A stretch of DNA of 63,940 nucleotides, filler included, from Bigelowiella natans CCMP2755 (taxonomy: Eukaryota; Protista; Cercozoa), in NCBI GenBank assembly GCA_000320545.1. It is 5 parts of 5 records of this genome, joined end to end, with 100 filler letters (N's around TTAATTAATTAA, not from the genome) between each part and the next. Parts side by side here need not be neighbours in the genome. Positions count along the whole stretch, not along the records: positions 37,560 to 57,357 come from ADNK01002129.1; positions 57,458 to 59,465 come from ADNK01003682.1; positions 59,566 to 63,940 come from ADNK01002133.1; 2 more parts are not named here. The stretch is one strand, 5' to 3'. Made by a program: the position numbers and the translations under genes. Positions 53,948 through 63,940 of this stretch are shown here, one piece after another. The notes beneath the pieces are model-generated. The model searched no databases. It saw only the letters and a list, made by a program, of their open reading frames with translations, and was not told where the DNA came from. Position 1 is the stretch's first letter, and each line of letters begins with the position of its first letter.

Positions 53948-56019
53948 TCATTTAGTCTTCAGTTTCACTCCATCTTCTGTCTCTGCTTTAGCGACGCGAA
54001 CAAATGGCCGAAACACAATCCACGTAACAGACACAAGCATGAATACCATTCCACACGCAAAAGCTACTCCGGAGATCCCGTAGCCTTGTAGAATGGCTAC
54101 ACCCACCGTGGGGCCTATAGTACGAGCCACGGAGAACAAAGAATGTTCGATTCCCATCAGGGTGCCTGAGCGTAGAGCAGCAAGATATATCGTAATATAA
54201 AAATGATTTGAGAATATGCATAGACGAGTAATCACATCGCAGGATTTGCTGACGGCCTCAGTGACACTGTTACCTTGGCTGTGCTTTGGAACGATTCCGC
54301 TGCCCCGAGAGGATGGATATAATAAGAACGAATGGCAAACAGGAAGTGTTCAGGGTAGATGCAAATATATTCACGAGATATATATGGGTGTGCGTGTTCG
54401 AAAAGTGGGGTCGTGCATTGACACTACGTGGTTTCTGCCGTGATGCTGGTGCCGAGCGCGTACTGGAAGGTGGAGAGGATCATTGCGATTCCGAGGAAGA
54501 TGAACGGCTTCAAACCGTCCCCTTCGGCAACAAGCTGAGCAAGAGTAAATCATGCCCATCGACGATGCTGGGGGGCTATCTACTCTCAAACATGGCAGCT
54601 TGCTGCTGATGCGATGTTACTACCTGGACGAAGGGAGAAAATATAACAGCCTCGAGAAGGTAAAAAACGCCCATGACGATCTAATTTCAAACAACAACGT
54701 AAATGTTTGGACCCGCACAAGAATTTCCCCGGTGAAGGCTCTCTGTCACCTACCACGCTGTTGCGGACGACCAAGCTGACATCGCCTGCGGTGCATTAAT
54801 AAAGATGAGGCAACATGATACGGAAGCTCACGACTCGGGGCTAATTACCTCCAAGGGCTTTTGATAATGGTGCTAGCAGGAACATGTTGGAGAACCCCCC
54901 GAAACCAAACTGTAGCGACATTACTAATCCCATCTGCGCTTCGTCGACCTTCAGCTCATTCTGCGGGGAGGAAACAAATCTCATATGATTCTACGCACAC
55001 GCTGCCCTATACTTTGCTCGTGCTACTGCTCAAGTATCTCAATCTGACCTTTAGAATCAAAGGCTGGGATGCTGAGGCCATTGAATTAGCCACACTTGTG
55101 ACGACTTTCACAAACAGGTAGAGCCACACAAGAGCCACCACCTCTTTCGCTCTTTGAACCCAACTTATGCTCTCCTGCTTTCCGCTAGAAGTTTCCTCCT
55201 CATCCTTCTTCTTTGCAGGTGCTTTTCTTTTGCCTAGATCGGACGGTAGCAATGCAACCAGGCCAGCAGCCAATATGCAGCCCGCGACAGCAAGTTTGGC
55301 ACCAAAGAAATAATCTCCTTTCGACCCAAGGACTCCCCCGAGGTAGGGCCCTAGAATCCCTCCGATTGTGTATGCAGAGGTCAAGTAGCCTGCAAAGGAA
55401 GAACGGTAGCAAATATCTGATCAACGAGGTAGGTTGTTGGTATCAGGGCGGGATAAACGGGCAATACCGAGCGCACAGAGACGTTCCTCGCCTTCGTCTG
55501 TAAGCTTGATAATGGCTGTCTGGGCGCACAGGAAGCCAGCAACGGCGACGCCCGGGACCTTGGAGAGGTACAGCATAGGGATCGAATCTAAATGGAGACG
55601 ATGACGACGACGGAGACGGGAAAAGTGAGGGATGTGCGAGATAGTGCTGCGAAGAAGATCATACCTGTGATGGATAAGATGTAGTAGGACAGCGCGCAGG
55701 CCATGAAATTGATCACCAAGCCGATTCGAACCCCGAGGAGGTCGAGGATGTACCCAAAAACCAAGGATCCAATACACTGCACCAACGAGAAGAACGACTT
55801 GATCCGCCCGTAGGCGGCCATCGCTTCCGACTCACTTGCTGCCGAATCCTTGCCATCACCCGCCCCTGCGTTTTTTATGAGCCTGTCCACAAGGAAGGGT
55901 TCGATGGGGGACTGGATCCAGTAGCAGAGCGCGTAGAGGACGACGAGGAAATAGATTAGAAGAATATAGCCCCATTTTCCGCCACCGGTTGAAGCCGAAT
56001 CTGCGTTGTTTCCTGACAT
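53948..56019 (-). CDS. MFS transporter, SLC22A18/DHA1-like
   Basis: Multi-exon, many hydrophobic helices. YGRIKSFFSLVQCIGSLVFGYILDLLGVR (motif A), LYLSKVPG, EERLCALG, YTIGGILGPYLGG (motif C-like), SGTLMGIEHSLFSVARTIGPTVG. Confidence 0.88.
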
Positions 56020-56343
56020 GGCTCCACACTACTACTCAACCGATGAGGAGGGGAGGGGACTCGGGACGGGATAATAGATCTACAGCTGCAGTAGGAAGTC
56101 TGGGTGCTCGAACGACGAAGATCATAAGACACAAAATGGTCTATATTCCTGGTGTGCGTCAACGTTCAATCCCAATATTTGATGAATTTAACTAGGAGTG
56201 TGTGTGCCGGTGGAATTTACCTAAATTTATGTTGATTTCGATTGTCGTAAGTGATAAATACAGCGGTTTTTTACCGTGGAAATTGTCCCTGATGGTGCTT
56301 GATGTCGCTCCACTCGGAACCTGACCTCACTCACATTTCCCCC
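56020..56343. promoter_or_regulatory. Putative bidirectional promoter region
   Basis: About 325 bp between divergent starts of the MFS and S10 genes. Confidence 0.4.
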
Positions 56344-57267
56344 ATGACCGCCAGCCTGCCTCGCGCTGCTGCTGCTGCCGCCCTCGTGGCTACCTGGTGT
56401 GCCACCATCGCCCAGGCTGCTATTTCTGAGCACGAAATCACCTCGCTCCCTGGATGGGAAGGTGCCCTTCCCTCCAAGATGTACTCAGGCTACATCCCGG
56501 TCGGTAAGACTGCAGGCGTCCCAGGGCACATTCACTACTGGTTCATCGAGAGCCAAGGAAACCCCGCCAAAGATCCAGTCGTCTATTGGACCAACGGAGG
56601 CCCTGGTGGCTCAGGCATCAACGCAGGCTTGCTGGGAGAGATGGGAGTCTTCCAGCTCAATGAGGACTCCCTCACCCCTCAGGGCGTCAGCTTAATTCGC
56701 AACCAGTTCGCGTGGTCTACACAGGCCAACATGATCTATGTCTCCCAGCCTAAGGGAGTCGGATCTCCTACTGCGATGACCTCTCCGCTAAGGACTGCGT
56801 CAACAACGACGTCACCGCTGCCCAGGATGCGTACGATTTCTTCTCTAACTTCTTCTCCTCATACCCCGAGTTTGCCTCCAACGACTTCTACCTCACCGCC
56901 GAGAGCTACGGTGGGATCTACATCCCGATGTTCATGAACGAAATGGACACCCGCGGAGGATTCCCTAATCTCAAGGGCGCGGCCATTGGCGACGGATGCT
57001 GGGGAACTTCGGTCGGAACTTGCAACTTCACGACTGGGGATGCTATGCACATCTCCGCCGAGTTCTTCAAGGGCCACGGCATGTACTCGCAGACGCTTTA
57101 CGAGACGATCAAAGAGGAGTGCGGCGACTTCTCTGATGACGCCGTTGTTGCTGAGCCTTGCGCCAGCGCTCTGAAGGAGATGAATGATGCGGTCGGCACC
57201 TTCGATGTCTACAACATCTACGACACGTGCAGCACCAACGAGTCCTCCACGAAGCACACGCACCAAA
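56344..57267 (+). CDS. Serine carboxypeptidase (S10), 5' part; apparent 1-nt frameshift near 56764; 3' part lost at gap
   Basis: Signal peptide, ITSLPG, MYSGYI, HYWFIESQ, DPVVYWTNGGPG, ANMIYVSQPKGVG[F]SY, FYLTAESYGGIYIP (catalytic Ser), YNIYDTC. Donor GTAAG at 57268. Confidence 0.92.
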
Positions 57268-57357
57268 GTAAGAATACCTAGTTGTAGCGCGACAACGGGT
57301 TTATACTAGACAAGCCTCAATTCCCCTCCCCAAAAGGGTCACGTTAAGTTCCCTAAG

Positions 57358-57457
57358 NNNNNNNNNNNNNNNNNNNNNNNNNNNNNNNNNNNNNNNNNNN
57401 NTTAATTAATTAANNNNNNNNNNNNNNNNNNNNNNNNNNNNNNNNNNNNNNNNNNNN
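57358..57457. other. Assembly gap with six-frame-stop linker
   Basis: 44 N + TTAATTAATTAA + 44 N. Confidence 0.98.
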
Positions 57458-57484
57458 GTTGTTGCCCACACACACACCTGGCAG

Positions 57485-58220
57485 ATATGGACATCACCGA
57501 CCTTCCCAAGGCGCGGGACTCATCTGCGATCTCCCCCGATATGACCTACCGAAAATGTCTGGGCAGCGTGGTCGGGGTGACTGTGTGAGAAGGGACAAAT
57601 CTCGTTGTGGGGGTGTCGGATAAAGGTGATACAGTACTAGCGATGATTTTGGTGTAGTCGTGCAAGTTGTTGGGAATATAAACGTGCAGGCGTAGCAGCA
57701 GCTGCTGCAGCAGTAGCAGCATTTCTCTCACACATATTAAGCCATAGTAATAGTAATCTATCACTGCCAAATCTTTCATCCCGTTGTGTTGGATCTCATC
57801 CGCCTCGTCGTCACCGTTGTTGTTGTTGTCGTTGTTATTATTATTATTATTATTATTCGCAGGGTCGGTGCATGTGTTCACGGTGGATGCAGGCCAGGAC
57901 CATCGCTTCAAGGAGACGAAGCCCCGCATACTTAGCACCAAGGTGGGTGGGTGGGCTCCTCGTATGAATCATCGTCATCATAATAATCATCATTCTTGGA
58001 TACACTAGCTACGTGTACAGTGGTCGCCATTGTTGTCATCCACATCACGCTTGGATGCAAACCAATACCTTTCCACCTATCTACACAGGGGCTGGGCTCG
58101 ATCACCACGGTTACACACGCGGACACGTTATCCAAATCGCTGCTGATCTACGGCACACACACGGGCTCTGTGTATTGCTGGGACTTCCGGAGGGAAAGGT
58201 GTGTGGGTGTGTGGGTGTGT

Positions 58221-58256
<36 letters not shown>

Positions 58257-58859
58257 GCGTGTGCACGTGTAGTTAGATACCCTAGATCTGTGTCTTGTTT
58301 ACTTTATTTTTCATCATGTCCTCCTCCTCCTCCTCCTCCTCCTCCTCCTTCACACGTGTTCTTGCACTCGCAGGGAGGCCTTCAAGCTTGATCTCTCGGA
58401 GTTCACCGGGGACTCCGGCGTCAACAGCATTGGTGAGTGTTGTTTCCGTTGGTTGTTGCTTTCGAGGATGAGAGGGGGAAAGTGCACGTACGTTTTGGCT
58501 GTATGCGAGAGAAACGGTTGCCGTAAGATGATGGATAAATGGTAGATAGATGCCGCCATTAACGAAATCTGTGCTCGGTGTGTGTGTATGTGTGTATGTG
58601 TGTGTGTGCGTGTGTGTGTGTGTGTGACCTCTTGTTGTTGCTTGTTTCTTGTTGTCGTGGTGATAAATACAACGGCGACGTCCAACGACAACCAACCAAC
58701 AATCGCAGGGATGATCACTGCGTCCTCCGTGGGTCCGTCTGGCTACAGTCTCTTCGTGGGCACATCGCAGGGTAGGGAGGGGGGTATTTGGTGATGGTGT
58801 ATCTTTTTATTAGTGGTAGGTAGTAGCGACGACGACGACGTGCACATAAGCATGCGGAC

Positions 58860-58899
<40 letters not shown>

Positions 58900-58924
58900 G
58901 AGTCATAGTGTAGAAGAAGATGGC

Positions 58925-58960
<36 letters not shown>

Positions 58961-59427
58961 AGTAGTCTTCTCCTCTTTTCCATCCTCTTGTGCTTCTATG
59001 CCACCGCCCTCACATTATTTGACAGGAATCGTGGTTCTCTGGGACCTTCGCTACCAGCTAGCAACCTCCGTATGGTAAGTAAGTCCACAATTTCCTAGTA
59101 GTGCTACTTGCTACCCGACGATGGGTTAGTCGTCGAGTGTTTGTTCAATTCTCGAGCAGATGTTGGCAATCAGCATCGTCGCCATCACTTTTGCAGCACG
59201 AGCGAGACAGAGAGATAGATATAGATCGTGTGCATAATCTTGGTTGCGCTTTCCAGCAACTAAATACGGCGTAAGATAAAAAACAAGCACTTGTATGTCC
59301 AAGAAATGACGTACTATCGATGATCCTACTTACCTTCTGGTTTCACTTTCGCTCTCTAATACAGTGTATCTCTATTCCAGGCAACACTCATCAAAGGCAC
59401 CGATTCAGTGTTTAGCTGTGGCCTCAG
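57485..59427 (+). CDS. WD40 repeats resembling the VPS15/PIK3R4 C-terminal propeller (internal fragment)
   Basis: Spliced product: VVGVSDK|GSVHVFTVD..|..SLLIYGTHTGSVYCWDFRRE|REAFKL..|GMITASSVGPSGYSLFVGTSQ|GIVVLWDLRYQLATSV|WQHSSKAPIQCL. This parallels VPS15 SVLAYAT..WDLR..GLITS..GTSSG..WDMRFQL..H..RARIRRL as I recall it. Confidence 0.75.
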
Positions 59428-59465
59428 GTGCATGGAAAGGAAGGGGAGAGAATGGAGGGGGGGGG

Positions 59466-59565
59466 NNNNNNNNNNNNNNNNNNNNNNNNNNNNNNNNNNN
59501 NNNNNNNNNTTAATTAATTAANNNNNNNNNNNNNNNNNNNNNNNNNNNNNNNNNNNNNNNNNNNN
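59466..59565. other. Assembly gap with six-frame-stop linker
   Basis: 44 N + TTAATTAATTAA + 44 N. Confidence 0.98.
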
Positions 59566-59725
59566 TTTATAAAAAAAACCGCCTCGCGATAAGAGCAGAA
59601 ACAAGAGCGCGCAGCTCTTTTTTTTGTTCTTCTCCGCCCCCCCCCTGTTTGTTTTACTATATAAAAAAAACACACACCTGGGTATAGGGCCCCCCCCCCC
59701 CTCCCCTCCCCTCTTGTATCCACAG

Positions 59726-59843
59726 GCGTTCAAATCTACCGGAAAGAAGACAAAGGGAAGCAGTACAGTGTGATGAGGGCTGTTGGCTCCACGAGCGGCA
59801 TCTCTAAGTGGTGGATCTGCCGCACAGATAGAAACGGTGCGTT

Positions 59844-59874
<31 letters not shown>

Positions 59875-60294
59875 ATATAAATATGTAATATTGATAAAGC
59901 CTTATCGACATATAGCCAATCCGTCCAAATAGCCTCTTGATAATGCATTTTTTGGTTCTCTTCTTCCTCGATGCACACACCAATAATAGGAATACCTAGG
60001 GACATTGACTTCTACACCGTTGCCTCCAAAGCCATCGTCGGTTTCTTTTTAGAGTGATGACAACAACGGGGGGGGCGAGCAGAGAATAGTGGCCTTCGCG
60101 TGCATGCATTGCGCTTTACGCTGCGGGCTTTTTATGAATAACTATTATTGTCGTATAAGTACTAATATGCTCTGCGACGAGGATGTGAGTGTTTGATTCG
60201 ACGCATTATATGAAAGACCCCTCCTTCCATTGGATGGACCCCAACGACCTCGGGGAAGCTGGACAGCCCACAGGTATTTCGTATATATTTTACG

Positions 60295-60336
<42 letters not shown>

Positions 60337-60350
60337 TTCTTGTAACGCAA

Positions 60351-60384
<34 letters not shown>

Positions 60385-60513
60385 ATTCACGCTTTGAATA
60401 GGTCACGATGGACGGCGTCGTGTATCTGCTCAATGCAGCCATACCCGAGGTGGTGACATAGTGAAGAAGCAAAGAAGTGGCAGAGAAGATGCATTTGAAT
60501 AAAAACACGAGCA

Positions 60514-60551
<38 letters not shown>

Positions 60552-60561
60552 GCGTGTGTGA

Positions 60562-60593
<32 letters not shown>

Positions 60594-61376
60594 TATGTGT
60601 GTATACACGATTCTATGATTTCCTTCTAGGCTGAGGGGCGATATGAGTCCAGCGGTGGCAGATACGGCACCCTCTCTTTCATTCGACGTACCAAAACACA
60701 GGTTGTAGGGGGGGGGGGAGAGAGGAAAAGGGGAAGGAAAGGAATAAATATTTGCTGCTGCTAAAAAGAATCCTAACCGAATACGCGCAGTTAATCTTTT
60801 GTGTATCGACGGCATAGATATTTGAAATAAAGAGGATGGACTTACAAGGTACAGGGATTCATATGCACTTATTCTGTAATGCTGTCTCATGCCGCCGACA
60901 GCGATAAGATGGATACTTATACCATTGACATAAAACTATTGCAGGGCAATCGCTAAAGCGGTGGGTTGTTGAGCAGAGACCTCGCTCCTCCTCCCCCTCG
61001 AGGTCTCTTTCTTCAAATGAAGGAGATCAGAAAGGACAGGGCGCTGCTGCTGCTGCTGCTACTCGTAACGGAAAGAAGGTAGGCACAACGCCAATTGCAG
61101 GCCGGAGGGGGAGAGAGGCGAAACAACAGGGAAAGCAAGGAGAAGAGGGGGAGGGGGAGGACGATGTTTGTTTTTCATCGAATGTGTGTGTTTTGGTAAT
61201 ATTGCTTGTACTGTTATCACCAGATTCTTTATGAGGTTCTGTCCAGTGGGGTTTCTCCTAATCTCAGGGGCTGGTCATCACTGGTATAATGTGTATATCT
61301 ATGAAATCCAGACACTATGTTTGTGTGTGTGCGTGTGTGTGTGTATGTGTATGTGTGTGTAGAGCAGCATGTGATA

Positions 61377-61415
<39 letters not shown>

Positions 61416-61904
61416 CCTAAAGAGCCCTGAGGATAAAAAGACCCCAGAGTTGTCCGTCCGGCCGGTGCTCTTTGCTATGTCAGCAGGTTGGATATCAATG
61501 TACTCGTCAGTTGTGGCACTTCTGTTTGTGTTTGTGTGTGTGTGTGTGTGTATTTGTGTGTGTTTTTATGCCCGTGTGTGCGTGTGATATTGTGATGATT
61601 TCCTTCTGCTGGTTTTTATTTGGTCAGGCACGGAAGGAGTTAATGGAGAGTACCGGTTTGAAGACGTGCGTCCACACATAGGCATCAATCGTCTGTAATT
61701 TGAGTTGAGGTGTTCGCTGACACGCTGTGCTGCTGCTCCTCACATAACTTTAGATGGGAAGATTCCAGCAGTACAAAGACAAAGAGAGTGCATTACCATC
61801 GAGCGACTGGGCTTGCCCGATGTGTGTTAAGTGGAGGATATATTAACCGCCCCCCTCCCCCCCCCTCCTCCTCACTCTACTCTTGTGAGTTACATATTTT
61901 TATG

Positions 61905-61938
<34 letters not shown>

Positions 61939-62197
61939 GCATCGACGCATATATTGACAGCTGCACCTTCAAGAACGCCCCTGCACGATCACGCTGCGAA
62001 ATGTGTCAGGTGAGCGTCTCTCATCACCACCAGCTTGCGAATACGCTCAACATCCTTCTGGAAAGCTATTGAATGTATTCATAACATGTTCTTCGATTAG
62101 GCTGCAAAGCCACGTCCCGGGGATCTCAAAGGCGACCACAGGCAGGGCGCGCTACCAAGCTTTAAATCGCGCAATTTTGCTTTTCTTTCTCTTTTTC

Positions 62198-62242
<45 letters not shown>

Positions 62243-62543
62243 CCTCCCCCCCCTTTTTTCATGCCAGTCTGTAACGTATTAGCAGCTTGTAATTTTCAAA
62301 GGCCCCCCCCATTTTGTCGAGGTGCCCAGGGATTTCCCCCCCATTTCCCCCCCCCCCCCCCCTCCACCACCACTATTCGACTTTTGAACATCTCAGAATG
62401 GAGAAGAAGGGTGATACCTGGAGCATCGTCCATATGGTAGCGAGTCTTTCATTGATGTATTCGTTATCTTTATCGAGTTCTAAATAGAGAATCAATGGGG
62501 CCTTGCCACTCAGACGCCTAAAATATATTATTATGTGTCCATG

Positions 62544-62578
<35 letters not shown>

Positions 62579-62887
62579 TGCTGGTGTGTCTCAAATCATA
62601 TTGAAATATCATCGAATGATTGCTCGAAAATGTGTCAAACAGTATGTGTGTAGAAAGGAGATAAGTTGCTCTCCTATAGACGATTGATATATAGCATTGA
62701 TATGCGTGTGACCAACGAAGAAAACGGGGACTTCGGTATACAGCGTTAAGTGGAATAGCGATGTGCCTCCGCTTCAAGGCTGGTGATGAGAACTTTTGCA
62801 TGTTATATCAACACTACATATATATGTATAATTTTGTGAGCGTCCATTACATTTTATAGTTAAGAATAACGTCGTCTTATGCACACA

Positions 62888-62957
<70 letters not shown>

Positions 62958-63040
62958 ATATACTCCTACGCAATGTAAAGGGCTCCAGTAGAGGGAGATG
63001 GGAAGGATGGAGAAACGCAGATCAGGGTCCTGAAAACTTG
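59726..63040 (+). CDS. Internal fragment of a multi-exon protein with ~3 tandem AG..xNG.Y...PP..GW domains and an NZF/RanBP2-type zinc finger
   Basis: Exons give GVQIYRK..YSVM..KWWIC..|..DIDFYTV..|TPPSIGW; LLNAAIPE|AEGRYE..YSVM..|ILYEV..SPNLRGW; AMSA|GTEGVNGEYRFED|..DWACP|ICTFKNAPARSRCEMCQ|..|..TWSIVHM|..VYSV..VPPLQG|W. One or two junctions are unresolved. Probably continues past 63040. Confidence 0.7.
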
Positions 63041-63258
63041 TATTGATGTTGTTGATAATGATGGATGATGATGATGATGATAATGATCAATCATAAATAA
63101 CTGTTTCTGTCGAAAAGGCATTACTAACTTCACGCTTTACACTTCGCTTCATATAACGTGAGAATGATTGCGTTGTTACTTCCTACACGAAGGGCGTCTC
63201 TCCAGGTCCGGAGTTCGCCACTGCAAGGGACAGGGCACAGGAGCAAAAGTCGAGAATC

Positions 63259-63299
<41 letters not shown>

Positions 63300-63692
63300 C
63301 TAATGCTGGTATCGGTGTAAAAGGCGGGGGGGGGAGGGGGGAAGGGTCTAAGTTTTATTTATGACACGATGAAGACGACGATGACGATGACGGTGATGAT
63401 TTGATCGCAGCAAATGAAAAATCGAATTATTAACTCATGTGTTTAGAATTTTGATATCGCTTCCTGTAGCGCCATTACACAGCATGGTGTGCTACACACG
63501 CTCTGAGTATTGATATGATATGGATGCTTTCTCCACGTTCTCTGTGTTTGCCTGTGTTAATTCTATCGTGACAGATTGAAGGCGGTGGTTGCAGCGTTTA
63601 AGAAATCTCAAATTGATTGGTCTGCTGTGTAGCACCCACAAACACACGAACAAACACACTTATACGCGTGCATTATATGATATATGTATTAT

Positions 63693-63736
<44 letters not shown>

Positions 63737-63866
63737 ATTTTATTTATTATTATGAAACAAAGCAAAAGCGGCTCGGTGGAATCGATCGAAGCGCAATGTA
63801 AAGCCAAGGTGAATATAAGAACACAAAGAAAAAGGTTTTAGATATGCACTCTCTCTTTCTTAAACG

Positions 63867-63940
<74 letters not shown>

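Noticed and set aside
57485-63040. VPS15-NZF fusion protein
   Set aside because: The parts are separated by a gap, and the post-gap exons encode a different repeat domain rather than the rest of the propeller.

Overview
Intron-rich, microsatellite-dense eukaryotic nuclear DNA from a protist. A chlorarachniophyte-like or rhizarian alga is my inference from gene content and one bipartite-looking leader. The window contains four 100-bp artificial gap linkers (N44-TTAATTAATTAA-N44). Most ORFs in the supplied track are microsatellite noise, so I rebuilt the genes by hand-splicing GT-AG exons. Genes found: a 7TM-RGS protein with a split RGS box, the 3' half of an M32 metallocarboxypeptidase, a homomeric acetyl-CoA carboxylase, a ~1255-aa triple glycosyltransferase fusion (fucosyltransferase + GT77 + RXYLT1/TMEM5-like), an ELMO-domain fragment, a YaeQ/PD-(D/E)XK-like protein with a targeting leader, Rac GTPase, a membrane-anchored LpqC/PHB-depolymerase-like esterase, a GFA/DUF6151-like protein, an SLC22A18-like MFS transporter, an S10 carboxypeptidase, a VPS15-like WD40 fragment, and a repeat protein with an inserted NZF zinc finger. 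There is also a degenerate tRNA-Pro(AGG). Genes sit in head-to-head pairs. All family assignments come from remembered motifs, and no database searches were run. I saw no CRISPR array, rRNA or intact transposon.
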